Origin: Polyangiales bacterium
Lineage (GTDB): Bacteria > Myxococcota_A > Polyangia > Polyangiales > Polyangiaceae
DNA: 64,000 bases
Direction: 5' to 3'
Assembly (NCBI GenBank): GCA_038231275.1
Contig: JBBRLQ010000003.1
Location: forward strand, 416,001-480,000
This document shows, piece by piece, positions 38,821 through 48,298 of this stretch. Within the stretch, counting starts at the first letter, position 1, and every line of letters starts with the position of its first letter. A program made the position numbers and the translations under genes. The notes beneath the pieces are model-generated. The model ran no database searches. It was not told where the DNA came from and worked only from the letters and a program-made list of their open reading frames with translations.

Positions 38821-39951
38821 ATGCAGAAATTTCATCCATGCCCTGCGCTCTCGACTCTCGTGGCGCTCGCCGGCGTCGCTCTCGGCGCGTGTTCGTCCGA
38901 CAAGGCGGCCGCGCAAGGACCGCCTGACTCTGGTGACGGAGCTCCCGACGCATCGCGAGCCGACGCGCTGGACGCCGCGAGCTCCGAGCTCGACGTCTAC
39001 GCGACGGGCTTCGAGTCGAATGGGACGACCGATCTCGCAAAGTACTGGAAGAACGGCTCGCCGACGTCGCTCACGGATGGATCCAAGGGGCACGCGCCCC
39101 TCGGCAACACCGAGAGTCCGGATGCCGTCGCGTACGCCCTCGTCGTGTCCGGCACCGATGTCTACGTCGCGGGCTACGAGTTCAACGGAACGCAGTACGT
39201 CGCAATCCTCTGGAAAAATGGCATCCCGACGCCGCTCACGGATGGCTCCAATGACGCAGGAGCGACCTCGCTCGCGGTGTCCGGTGGCGACGTCTACGCG
39301 GCCGGCTACGAGTCCAACGGCACGAAATACGTGGCCAAGGTCTGGAAGAACGGAGCGCCGACGTCCCTCACGGACGGAGCTACGAATGCGACGGCGTTCT
39401 CCATTTCCGTTGCGGGGAGCGATGTCCTCATTGCGGGCTACGCGTCCAACGGCACGAAGAGCGTCGCCAAAACGTGGAAAAACGGGGTGCCGACGTCGCT
39501 CACGGACGGAACCAACAGTGCGTTGGGCCGCTCACTCGTTTTTTCCGGAGGCGACGTGTATGTCGCAGGGCACGAATCGAACGCAACGAAGACCGTCGCC
39601 AAGACCTGGAAGAACGGCGTACCGACGTTGCTCACGGATGGATCCAACGATGCCGTCGCGTACTCCGTTGCGGTCTCCGGCAGCGATGTTTATGCCGCCG
39701 GCTCGGAGCTCATTGGAACCCGGTATGTGGCGCAGACCTGGAAGAACGGTGCCGTGACGCCTCTGACGGACGGAACGCACAGCGCCACCGGTATTTCGAT
39801 CGTCGTACACCGGCCGAACGTCTATGTCGCCGGGCACGAGTATTCGGGGACCAAGCAGGTCGCGAAGGTCTGGAAAAATGGCGTTCCAACATCGCTCACC
39901 GATGGCACCAACGACGCCATCGCCCTGGGAGTGGCCGCCTACGTCCGTTAG
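38821..39951 (+). CDS. Seven-repeat beta-propeller lipoprotein
   Basis: Lipobox LGAC; seven ~44-aa repeats DVYVAGxExNGTxxVAKxWKNGxPTxLTDG. Confidence 0.85.
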   Translation: MQKFHPCPALSTLVALAGVALGACSSDKAAAQGPPDSGDGAPDASRADALDAASSELDVYATGFESNGTTDLAKYWKNGSPTSLTDGSKGHAPLGNTESPDAVAYALVVSGTDVYVAGYEFNGTQYVAILWKNGIPTPLTDGSNDAGATSLAVSGGDVYAAGYESNGTKYVAKVWKNGAPTSLTDGATNATAFSISVAGSDVLIAGYASNGTKSVAKTWKNGVPTSLTDGTNSALGRSLVFSGGDVYVAGHESNATKTVAKTWKNGVPTLLTDGSNDAVAYSVAVSGSDVYAAGSELIGTRYVAQTWKNGAVTPLTDGTHSATGISIVVHRPNVYVAGHEYSGTKQVAKVWKNGVPTSLTDGTNDAIALGVAAYVR

Positions 39952-39965
39952 TCCCTCGCGGCGAT

Positions 39966-40775
39966 CTACTTGGCGCCGGGGGCCTTGCAGCCGCGGTCGA
40001 CCTCCACGCCCGCGCGGTAGTCGATGCACTGCGTGACCGATCCGTCCTCGGCGTAGAAGGTGGTGCGACCGTCGCGCCGGTCGTCGGCCCAGTGGTCTTC
40101 CTGCCGCAAGAGGCCGCTTCGGTAGAACCACCTCTGCACGCCGACGAGCTTGCCCTTCGCGTATGACTCCTCCCACTCGGGCGTGCCGTTCGCGAAGCGC
40201 GTGACGACGGCGCCTTCGAGCTTCCCGCCGACGAAGACGTGCTCGCGTCGCAGCTGACCGTCGTCGTGGTACTCACGATCGCGCTTCGCGATGCCGCGCT
40301 CGACCTCGAAGGCGTCGTGGACCGCGCCGTTCACGAAGTACGTGGTCCAGGTGCCGGTGAAATCCGGCGGGCGCGCGACGTCCACGTGAACGACGTTGCG
40401 CCGCGGCGGTTCGTAGCCGGTCGTCGTCCCGCGGCGATCGTCGCGGTAGAGATCCATCGTCCAGAAGTCGTCGAGCCGGTAATGGCGCGTGCTGCCGCCG
40501 CCTCCGCCCTCTCCGCCCGCGGACTCGGCGCCGTCGAGGATGCGCTGGGTCTCGTCGGCGGAGGCTCCGGGCAGGCCCTTCACGCGAAGGGCCCAGTACG
40601 TCTCGCCGTGATCGCCGAGGGCCTTCGGGTCCTTCACGTAGATCTTTTGCAGCGCGGCGCCGCCGACCCTTCGCGTCTCGGCATCCGCCGACGCGATCAT
40701 GCCGCGCGCTTCGACGGCGCTGGGGGCCCGCTTGCACGCGAAGAGAAACACCAGCGAGAGGAGCACGCGGCGCAT
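39966..40775 (-). CDS. MORN-variant repeat (YwqK-like) lipoprotein
   Basis: Lipobox LFAC; GTWTTYFVNG, YHDDGQL, WFYRSG, FYAEDG repeats. Confidence 0.75.
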   Translation of the reverse strand: MRRVLLSLVFLFACKRAPSAVEARGMIASADAETRRVGGAALQKIYVKDPKALGDHGETYWALRVKGLPGASADETQRILDGAESAGGEGGGGGSTRHYRLDDFWTMDLYRDDRRGTTTGYEPPRRNVVHVDVARPPDFTGTWTTYFVNGAVHDAFEVERGIAKRDREYHDDGQLRREHVFVGGKLEGAVVTRFANGTPEWEESYAKGKLVGVQRWFYRSGLLRQEDHWADDRRDGRTTFYAEDGSVTQCIDYRAGVEVDRGCKAPGAK

Positions 40776-40882
40776 GGGCATCACCTTACGCCTGAGCGCG
40801 CTCTGCGCCGCGCGCCGGTCTCGTCACCTCTCGAAGATGTCGTACTTCTCGGAGGGCGATGAATCGGCTACGCCGGAGTCAT

Positions 40883-41734
40883 ATGACCCCGCGAAGTGAG
40901 GATGTCGCCGAACCCGTGCAGGGCGCCGACCATGCCGCGGCGCACCGCGCGATCCGCGTCACTGGAGTAGCCCGGGCAGTGTACGCCGCGGCGGTGGCGG
41001 GATTGGGCGTCCTGCTGCTTTCGGCGGAGCTCGTCTACGTCTGGGCGCCCGTTCCCCGGTGGGTCCCGTGGCGAGACGTGCTCGCGTACGCCTCGGGCGC
41101 GCTGATGGTGCTCTCGGCGGTTGGTCTCTCGTGGCGCAGGACGGTCGTCCCCTCGGCCGCCATCGTGACGTCCACCTTCCTGAGCTGGCTGCTGCTGCTG
41201 CAAGTGCCACGGCTCATCGCCGCGCCCTCGAAGGAAATTCTGTGGTCCGGCGGCGCTCAGCTCGCGTCGCTCGTCGCCGGCGGCTGGGTTCTCTTCGCGT
41301 CCTCGGCGAAGGCCGACGGCCCCGTGCGCTGGCTTCGTGGAGACCGTGGGCTGCGGATGGCTGGGAGGCTCTATGCAGTGGCCTTGCCGCTGTTCGGTCT
41401 CCACCACCTCATGGACGCGGCAGGGGCGGCCGACGCGGTCCCGGCGTGGCTCCCATTCCGGCTGGGTTGGGGGTACCTGACCGGCGCCGGGCACGTCGCC
41501 GCGGGCGTGGCGATCCTCGTGGGGGTCGTACCGCGCCTGGCTGCGACGCTCGAAGCGATCATGATCATGTCGTTCGTTCTGCTGATTCACGTGCCGGGGG
41601 TGATCGGCGCCGCGCGGGATCCATTGCAATGGACGATGCTCTTCGTCGCGTCCGCGATCGGCGGCGCGGCGTGGATCGTGGCCCTCAGCGTCGGCGAGAA
41701 CGCGTCGAGAGCTCGTCGACCGACGCGGCCGTGA
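40883..41734 (+). CDS. DoxX-like membrane protein
   Basis: Duplicated VPxWxPxR..AY.(S/T)GA motif, FGLHH, LLIHVP; multiple TM helices. Confidence 0.8.
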   Translation: MTPRSEDVAEPVQGADHAAAHRAIRVTGVARAVYAAAVAGLGVLLLSAELVYVWAPVPRWVPWRDVLAYASGALMVLSAVGLSWRRTVVPSAAIVTSTFLSWLLLLQVPRLIAAPSKEILWSGGAQLASLVAGGWVLFASSAKADGPVRWLRGDRGLRMAGRLYAVALPLFGLHHLMDAAGAADAVPAWLPFRLGWGYLTGAGHVAAGVAILVGVVPRLAATLEAIMIMSFVLLIHVPGVIGAARDPLQWTMLFVASAIGGAAWIVALSVGENASRARRPTRP

Positions 41735-41824
41735 CGATCATCGTGCGGTTCGACGTTCGCGAGGTGAACGCCATTCGACGTTTGGGGCCCTTGGCGCGTC
41801 AACATCGAAGGACCGCGATGGCTC

Positions 41825-41905
41825 GCATGACGGAATCGTAGCTCACCGGTGCCAAGCGTGCGCACAGCCCGCCATGTGCACGTGGCCCGCGGTCAACCGG
41901 CGCGC
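41825..41905 (+). repeat. Direct repeat copy 1 (~80 bp, 29-bp identical core)
   Basis: TGCACGTGGCCCGCGGTCAACCGGCGCGC at 41877-41905 is identical to 43861-43889; upstream ~50 bp is similar. Confidence 0.9.
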
Positions 41906-41990
41906 TCCACGTTCAACGAATGTTCATCGAGCTTTCGTAATTCGTCGCGCCGCGTTCGATCATCCTCCGCAGTGGATAAAGGAGTTCCTC

Positions 41991-43670
41991 ATGCGACGCA
42001 CGATGACGATGGCGATGGCGGTATTCTCGGTGGTCTCGGGATCGGTCTCCGCGCGCGCCGACGGCTACGCGGTCCATGGCAAGGGGCAGATCGCCTACAA
42101 AGATGCGCAGACGGCGCCGAAGGCGACCTACCGTGCCCTTCGCCACGCCCGTGTGCGCCTCATGGACTCGGACACCGGTTTCGACGAAGAGATCGCGCAG
42201 GGTGTCACCGATGCGTCCGGGCATTTCGACCTGAGCGGCCACGCCGAGGACTGGTGCTGCGGCAACGACGAGAAACCCGATCCGTACATCGAGATCGTCC
42301 TCGAGGTCGACGGGTGGGTCGACGTGGAGAACATCATCGGCTTTTCGTACCGCTACGACTCGCCCGAGCACTCCAACACCGAGGGGTCGATCGACTTCGG
42401 GACGCTCCTGCCCGAAGACGACGACAAGGCGACGCTCTACGCACGCGGAACCGAGCAGTACGACTACTACCGGCAGACGGCGGGCGGGAGCATCCCCGGG
42501 TACGACGGGCACGTGCAGATCGACGTGCCCGCCATCTTCGAAGCGGGCACGCCATGGACGACGCCGGAGGCGATCCACTGGCCGGGTGACTTCACCAATT
42601 TCGACGGCGTGTACCACGAGTTCGGACATCGCATCCGCGAGGCCGCGGACGGGGGCAAGTTGCACTTCGCGTGGGACGCCGTTCGCTTCTGGTACCCCCG
42701 GCATCACACCAACACGCTCATCTCGAACCCCGGCTTCGCGTTCAACGAAGGCTGGGCGGAGTACCACTCGACGCTCCTCGGCGTTCACGGCAAGCCGTAC
42801 GACGACTTCCACGACACGTTCACGAAGTGGGGCGCGCACGACGGCGGCGACGCGTGCGAGGGCAACGTCGCGCACAAGCTGCTCCTCATCTCCAACGCGT
42901 GCGGCGGGTTCCAGAACCTTTGGTCCGTGCTCAGGGGTGCCGGAGAGGACGCGATCCACAGCTATGCCGAATTCCACCGCGCGTTCGGCAAGAAGTTCCC
43001 CGAGTGCTTGAAGAAGGTCGACGGCGTCGCCCCCGTCGCGGGGCCCGACGACGCAAAGGCCAGCGCAGCGCCCGCGAGCGCCGCGGCAACCGGCGGGGGT
43101 CCGCAGGTGTCAGGCGGCGCGGTCACGCTCGTGGCGCAGCTCGCGGCGATGAAGCGCTCGGTCGACGCGATCGACGCGCGCGCGCCGCAGCGCCAACCCA
43201 AGCAGAAGCCCAGCATCGCGTCGCTCGCGACGAAGGCGCCGCAGCTCGCGCCGGTGCTGACGCGTGTGCACGCCAAGCGCGTCGCTCATCTGCAGCGCCT
43301 CGACGCGACCGCGCGCGCCGCCTACCGCACGAGCGTCCTCGGCCTTAAGCCGATGACGTTCCAGACGTTGAAGGATGGGAGCTGGGAGAAGGACATCGTC
43401 GCCGCGCGCTCCAACTTCATCGGCGCGGTGGCGCCGCCCCTACTCGCCGACGTCCAAGCCTTCCGCAAGGATCTGGTCACGGAGCGCGCCGCGGCGAGTG
43501 ACGCGCGCCTCACCAAGTACCTGGACAAGGTCGCGGCGAAGTACGCGCGTGTCGAGCGCGAGGTCCAAGCGGCGCTCGCGTCGCGCGGCGCGAACGGCAA
43601 GATCCCCGAGGTCCTCATGCCGAAGACGTTCCACGGAAGCGCCGCCCCAACGACGACTCCGATCCCGTGA
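41991..43670 (+). CDS. Secreted putative zinc metallopeptidase with transthyretin-like N-terminal domain
   Basis: AAGGAG SD, signal peptide, VRLMDSD..TDASGHFDLSG..PDPYI, YHEFGH, AFNEGWAEY. Confidence 0.78.
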   Translation: MRRTMTMAMAVFSVVSGSVSARADGYAVHGKGQIAYKDAQTAPKATYRALRHARVRLMDSDTGFDEEIAQGVTDASGHFDLSGHAEDWCCGNDEKPDPYIEIVLEVDGWVDVENIIGFSYRYDSPEHSNTEGSIDFGTLLPEDDDKATLYARGTEQYDYYRQTAGGSIPGYDGHVQIDVPAIFEAGTPWTTPEAIHWPGDFTNFDGVYHEFGHRIREAADGGKLHFAWDAVRFWYPRHHTNTLISNPGFAFNEGWAEYHSTLLGVHGKPYDDFHDTFTKWGAHDGGDACEGNVAHKLLLISNACGGFQNLWSVLRGAGEDAIHSYAEFHRAFGKKFPECLKKVDGVAPVAGPDDAKASAAPASAAATGGGPQVSGGAVTLVAQLAAMKRSVDAIDARAPQRQPKQKPSIASLATKAPQLAPVLTRVHAKRVAHLQRLDATARAAYRTSVLGLKPMTFQTLKDGSWEKDIVAARSNFIGAVAPPLLADVQAFRKDLVTERAAASDARLTKYLDKVAAKYARVEREVQAALASRGANGKIPEVLMPKTFHGSAAPTTTPIP

Positions 43671-43809
43671 GTCACGCCGAATTCTGCTTCTGCGCGTGCT
43701 GGCGCCCGCGCGCTCGAGGGCGCCGATGTCGAGCCCGCGCCCTTCGGACCGGGGCCGTTCTCTCCTGCGCGGGGAGCATTGCCCGGCATCGTCGGCGAGG
43801 CGGACGTCA

Positions 43810-43889
43810 GCATGACGAATCGCAGCTCACCCCTGGTGAGCGTGCGCGCAGACGGCCGTATGCACGTGGCCCGCGGTCAACCGGCGCGC
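43810..43889 (+). repeat. Direct repeat copy 2
   Basis: GCATGACGAATCGCAGCTCACC...TGCACGTGGCCCGCGGTCAACCGGCGCGC. Confidence 0.9.
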
Positions 43890-43997
43890 GAAGAATCCGG
43901 CGATCGCGACGGCCACGCGGTCGAGCGTCGACAAGGCCGCGCTGAAGGCGACGAGGCTGAACGCCGAGACGAGAAGGACGAGATTGATATCGGACAT
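43827..43997 (-). CDS. Small hydrophobic protein with His/Cys tail
   Basis: GAGGA SD; MSDINLVLLVSAFSLVAFSAAL...GHVHTAVCAHAHQG. Confidence 0.5.
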   Translation of the reverse strand: MSDINLVLLVSAFSLVAFSAALSTLDRVAVAIAGFFARRLTAGHVHTAVCAHAHQG

Positions 43998-44588
43998 GGG
44001 TCGGTTCCTCGAGGACCATGTCGCGCGGCCGGCCGCGAAATTTCCCAATTCGACGTCGCCTCGCGATCATGGTGCCGCACCCGGCACACCGTCCGCGCCC
44101 CCCGACGTCGGGAGCGTCGCGGATCGTGCGTCCACCCCGCGAGGAGGGTGCAGTCGGCGACGTCGCGGTACCCGCGCGGCGCGGGGTTGGGCGCGACGTC
44201 GAGCGACTTGAGCCGGAAAATTCCGTACGTTGCGCGCGTCGGCCCATCGTGATCGCCAAGATCGGCCCATCGTTGCTCACGATCTCGGCGATCACGTTGA
44301 GGCGATCGAGGCGATCACGTTGGCCGGTATGCGCAGTCAGGGCGGCATCTCGGCCGTCAACGTGCTGGCCACGAGAGCCCCCTCGGCCGGTGCGTCGCGC
44401 GAAGAACCTGTGCAAGGTGCTCGCGTCCTCCTGCGCCGACCTCTCGACCGGGCCGACGCTCTCGCGCGTGCACTGACTCCCAAGAGTCGGACTCTACTGG
44501 CCACTCACGTTTCGACGCCGTCCACTCTAAGGCGGGCAGCACACGATGTAGCTCAGCGCGCGCCCTATCGCCGAACGACTCGACGCGC

Positions 44589-45776
44589 TCACTTCCCGGG
44601 GGCCGCTCCGCTCTCCAGCAAGCTCGCCTGCTCGGCGATCGTGAGCGACTTCCAAATCGCGGCGGCGAGCATCTCTTCGCCGGCGTTGGACGGGTGCACG
44701 TCGCACTGCCCCTTGTTGGGGCCCTCGGTGATCTTCATCGTGAGCCCCGCCGCGCACGGATCGTCGCCGTGTGCCGACGACGCGGCCTGAAACACGTCGT
44801 ACGACTCGACGAACTTGAGGTTCAACGCGGGGTACTTCGCCAGCGCCGCCTTGGCACCGTCGTGGATCTTGGCGTTCAAGATCTTGATGCCCGCGCGGAC
44901 GAGGGCGTCCTGCAAGCGGTACCCGGTGCTGTAATAGAGGACAGCGACGACCGGCCCCGTGTACCCGGTCTGCGCGATCCCATCGAGCATCGCCTCCCAG
45001 TTTCCCTGCAGCTTCACGAGGACGGCGTCGAGCACACCCCCCGCGAGGCACGCCGCGTCGGAGAACGTCTGCACCCAGTTGCACGCGCCGTTCTGGAAGC
45101 GCATCGCGTCGTTGGCGCCGGCGGTGATTGTGACGAGCTTCACCTGCCTCGGATCGTCGCGGAGGACATCGAGCGCGTGATTGAGCTGGGAGATGCCGGA
45201 GCCGAAATTTTCCTTGTTGGCCGCCGTGCCGTCGCGCATGTCGTAGTCGGCGTGGTTGTACTCGCTGTGGAGCGCGTAAAGATGGCGGTTCTCGAAGCAG
45301 TTGTTGTCGTCGACGTGGCGGCCGGTCACCAGGCTCCCCGACGCCTCGCCGGGGCACGCGGTGTTGGCGAGGGTGACGCGCCTTCCGGCGTCGCGCTCGA
45401 GCATGCTCACGAGCGCCTCGGGGTAACCGATCGCGTTGGCGGCCTGATCGGGAAGCTCCTTCGACGTTCCGTCGGGCAGCCAGCTGCGGTGGTTGATGTT
45501 GTAGCCGAAGGCGATCGAGTCGCCGATCGCGAGGTAGCTCGCGCGCGGCGGGACGACGGCGGGCGCCCCTGCGTCTTCTGCGGCGCCAGGATCGGTCGTC
45601 CCCGTGCCGGCTCCCGGCGTGCCGGGGTCCCGCGCGGGCGGCGCGCCGACGGGACGGCCTTCGGTCGGCTCCGCTTGCACCGTCGGAGCTCCCGGCGACG
45701 AGCCGCACGCGACGGCCGCCGCCGCCAAGAAGAGAGATGCCGCCGCGACCACCCCGTTCCACGAGTTGCGTTTCAT
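44589..45776 (-). CDS. SGNH/GDSL hydrolase lipoprotein
   Basis: Lipobox AVAC; YLAIGDSIAFG, ACPG, ITAGAND, DVHPS. Confidence 0.88.
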   Translation of the reverse strand: MKRNSWNGVVAAASLFLAAAAVACGSSPGAPTVQAEPTEGRPVGAPPARDPGTPGAGTGTTDPGAAEDAGAPAVVPPRASYLAIGDSIAFGYNINHRSWLPDGTSKELPDQAANAIGYPEALVSMLERDAGRRVTLANTACPGEASGSLVTGRHVDDNNCFENRHLYALHSEYNHADYDMRDGTAANKENFGSGISQLNHALDVLRDDPRQVKLVTITAGANDAMRFQNGACNWVQTFSDAACLAGGVLDAVLVKLQGNWEAMLDGIAQTGYTGPVVAVLYYSTGYRLQDALVRAGIKILNAKIHDGAKAALAKYPALNLKFVESYDVFQAASSAHGDDPCAAGLTMKITEGPNKGQCDVHPSNAGEEMLAAAIWKSLTIAEQASLLESGAAPGK

Positions 45777-45873
45777 GAAGATGACAGTGGCATCCCCCGC
45801 GCGCCCACGCATGACGGCGTACGCCACAAGTGCTTGCAGTGCGCGCCATCTCGCCGCCTGGATCGGCCGAGAT

Positions 45874-46878
45874 TCACTCCCCCCGGAACTGGCGCGGCGT
45901 CTTGCCGGTCCACCGCTTGAACGCCCGCAAGAAGGCGCTCAAGTCGGCGTAACCCAAGACGAAGGCGATCTCCCCCAGCGCCATTTTCCCTTCGGAAACG
46001 TGGGCGCGCGCGAGATCTTCGCGCACCGATTCGAACATCTTCTGGAAGCTCGTGCCCGCGTGCGTCAGGCGTCGCTGAAGCGTCCGCGGGCTCAGGCCCA
46101 GCTCCTTCGCGACGATCTCGACGGTCGGCGCCTCGCCGCGCATTCGCTCGCGGACGCAGGCGCGCACCTGCCCGACGAAATCGGGTGCGGGGGGGCGCTC
46201 CGACAGCGCTTGCGTCGCGTGCTCGTCGAGGACGCCGAGCAGCGACGGATCGGCGGTGACGAGGGGAAGCTCGAGGTACGGCGTCGGCACCGTGAAGCCG
46301 TTGGCCTCGGCGTCGAACGTGATGTCGAGCGTGCCGAACGTCTCGGTGAGCTCGTCGACGCGGCGCGGCCTCGGGTGGGCAAACCACACGCGCCCCGGGA
46401 TCAGGCGCTCGCCCGAGAGGAGACGCGCCTGCTCGAACAACGTGGCGACCAGGCACTCGTTGGCGTGCCGCCCCAGGCAATGGCGGACGCCGAGGATGCT
46501 CTGCTCGATCGTCGCCGCACCGTCGCGCTCCTCGTACGTCACGACGAAGATGTCGTTCATGAGCGTGCCGAAGCGCACGATGCGGAGGAACGCCTCACGG
46601 ACCGTGGGCGCCGATCGACACGCATACTCCATGACCCCATAGACCCCGCGGCGGTACGCGCCGGCGACGTGGAGGCCCATGAAAGGGTCTTTGCTTTCGC
46701 GCTCCGCCGCCTCGAGGAAGGCGTGCAGCCCGGGCAGCGGGAGGACGACCTCGGTGTCCGTCTCCACGGTGTGCGGCAGCCCGAACTCGCGGATCAGGCC
46801 GTCGGCATCGCCCCCCTTGGCGCGCACGTAGGAGACGGCGAGCCCGACCATGCGCGAGCGTATGTGCGGCGGAGTCAC
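45874..46878 (-). CDS. AraC family transcriptional regulator
   Basis: GLSPRTLQRRL, EIAFVLGYADLSAFLRAFKRWTGKTP. Confidence 0.93.
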   Translation of the reverse strand: MTPPHIRSRMVGLAVSYVRAKGGDADGLIREFGLPHTVETDTEVVLPLPGLHAFLEAAERESKDPFMGLHVAGAYRRGVYGVMEYACRSAPTVREAFLRIVRFGTLMNDIFVVTYEERDGAATIEQSILGVRHCLGRHANECLVATLFEQARLLSGERLIPGRVWFAHPRPRRVDELTETFGTLDITFDAEANGFTVPTPYLELPLVTADPSLLGVLDEHATQALSERPPAPDFVGQVRACVRERMRGEAPTVEIVAKELGLSPRTLQRRLTHAGTSFQKMFESVREDLARAHVSEGKMALGEIAFVLGYADLSAFLRAFKRWTGKTPRQFRGE

Positions 46879-47052
46879 GGACGCCGATCCAACCGGAAAC
46901 GGAGGCCGCCTGCAATGCCGGGCAGCCTCCATCCTCGATCGAGCGCGTCACCCCGACCAGATCGCGGTTCCGCTCGTCCTCCCTGTGCTCCTGCATCACG
47001 GGTCGACCTCGCGCGTGCTGCACACGCTGACGCGCCTCGTACACAAACGCTC

Positions 47053-47282
47053 TCATCGCGTTGGCCGCCGACGCTTCCCAGGTTTGCGCCCTAGCATCGC
47101 CAGGTCCGCGAGGTCCTTCGGTCGACCCGCGGCGCGCTTGTTGAGGATGAGCTCCGCGCGTCCGAGCACCGGCAGCTTGAGGCCGTCCACGTCGACCTCG
47201 ATGTGGCCGCGCCAAGCAGCCTTCCAACTCACGCCGCTGATGGACGTAGGATGTCGATGCGCAGGGGCTTTCGGCCGAGCAT
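47053..47282 (-). pseudogene. C-terminal remnant of a nucleotidyltransferase-fold protein, frameshifted
   Basis: LGRKPLRIDI(L)/TSISGVSWKAAW..DGLKLPVLGRAELILNKRAAGRPKDLADL; one base missing near 47248; N-terminus absent. Confidence 0.7.
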
Positions 47283-47415
47283 CCCGAGGGCGAGGCTGCG
47301 CGTGAAGACTATCGGGTCACCGCCGAACGTTACGGCGGGACCAGCCGAGCGTCGTTCGACGAGATCACGGCGTGGCTCGCGAGCCGTGCCAGGTAGACGC
47401 GGACGCGCGGCGTCC

Positions 47416-47652
47416 TCATCCGTCACCCCCAGCATCGACCGGAACGAACCAGTTGTGACAGACCCCGCCCTCCCAACGACACCCCTCCGACGACGAGCAC
47501 GTGGACGGATCGGGAATGCACAGACAACCGCCATTGCACAACGGGCTCGTCGAGGACGGTGGCGAGGAGGAGGAGGAGCAGGCTCCGAAGAAGAACGCCA
47601 CTGTGGTCAGAAACAGGACGGACACCCAAGTGAAGTTCCTTGCAAAGTTCAT
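47416..47652 (-). CDS. Small Cys-rich lipoprotein
   Basis: Lipobox FGAC, six-Cys core, C-terminal DAG. Confidence 0.7.
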   Translation of the reverse strand: MNFARNFTWVSVLFLTTVAFFFGACSSSSSPPSSTSPLCNGGCLCIPDPSTCSSSEGCRWEGGVCHNWFVPVDAGGDG

Positions 47653-47666
47653 GGGACCGCCGCAAC

Positions 47667-47681
47667 GCAACTCCGATGCCA
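47667..47681 (-). promoter_or_regulatory. Putative sigma54 promoter
   Basis: TGGCATCGGAGTTGC, close to TGGCAC-N5-TTGC, 14 nt before ATG 47652. Confidence 0.6.
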
Positions 47682-47934
47682 GTACGCGGGCGAACGCTAC
47701 GCGACGCGCGCCGGCCCGTCGGAAACGGGGACGAAACCTGTTCGCTCCGGGTTTTCCGATCTGACTCAAGCTGGCGCCCGCTACTTTCGTGACGGCACCG
47801 TCCCGGCAGCTGCCGTTGCGCCGGCGAACGCTCGCGAGACGCGAGCCCCTCTCCCCGAGCCGCCGGCCTCGAACCGCGAGCGCGCTCGCAGCCGCGCACG
47901 CGCGCCCTCTCGAGCGCGCGGCGCGTGGGAGTGA

Positions 47935-48291
47935 CTAGCGGCCGAAGCCACCGAGCCGCGTGAGCATCGCCGCCAGGCGATCGAGGAGCACGAGAACCGC
48001 CTCGGCGTCTTGCTGAACGACGAGCCCGAGCGCCATCGCCGCTTCGACGGCCGCTGCGGCTTCGTTGGCCTCGGCGCGAGAACGGCGAAAGCGTTGGCGG
48101 CGATCGTTGCCCTCGCGCGCCGCCGCCTCGGTGAGCTGAAGGTACGCGCCGAGGAGCGCACGACGAAGCTGATCGCCCAGCGTGCCGTAGCCCCGAGGCA
48201 GCTGCCTGACCAGCGCGTCTCCCGCGACGAGCGCATCGCGCGAGACATGGAACGCATCGAGACGATGATGAGTAAAACGTGCAATCTGCAT
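47935..48291 (-). CDS. Four helix bundle protein (23S rRNA IVS protein / TIGR02436-like)
   Basis: HHRLDAF..LPRGYGTLGDQLRRA..LTEAA..RFRRSRAEANEAAA..LDRLAAMLTRL; AAGGAGG SD. Confidence 0.88.
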   Translation of the reverse strand: MQIARFTHHRLDAFHVSRDALVAGDALVRQLPRGYGTLGDQLRRALLGAYLQLTEAAAREGNDRRQRFRRSRAEANEAAAAVEAAMALGLVVQQDAEAVLVLLDRLAAMLTRLGGFGR

Positions 48292-48298
48292 GGAAGGA

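Noticed and set aside
38990-39951. 132-bp periodic DNA repeats as a CRISPR array
   Set aside because: They are in-frame coding repeats with synonymous variation, no unique spacers and no cas genes
39966-40775. YwqK-like gene as part of a toxin-immunity pair
   Set aside because: No adjacent toxin gene; MORN-variant repeats alone are not diagnostic
44051-44201. Repeated CGACGTCG palindromes as binding sites
   Set aside because: This octamer is common throughout the window, including in coding sequence
47935-48291. Avd of a diversity-generating retroelement
   Set aside because: No reverse transcriptase in the window; the 41.8/43.8-kb repeats do not show adenine-specific mismatches
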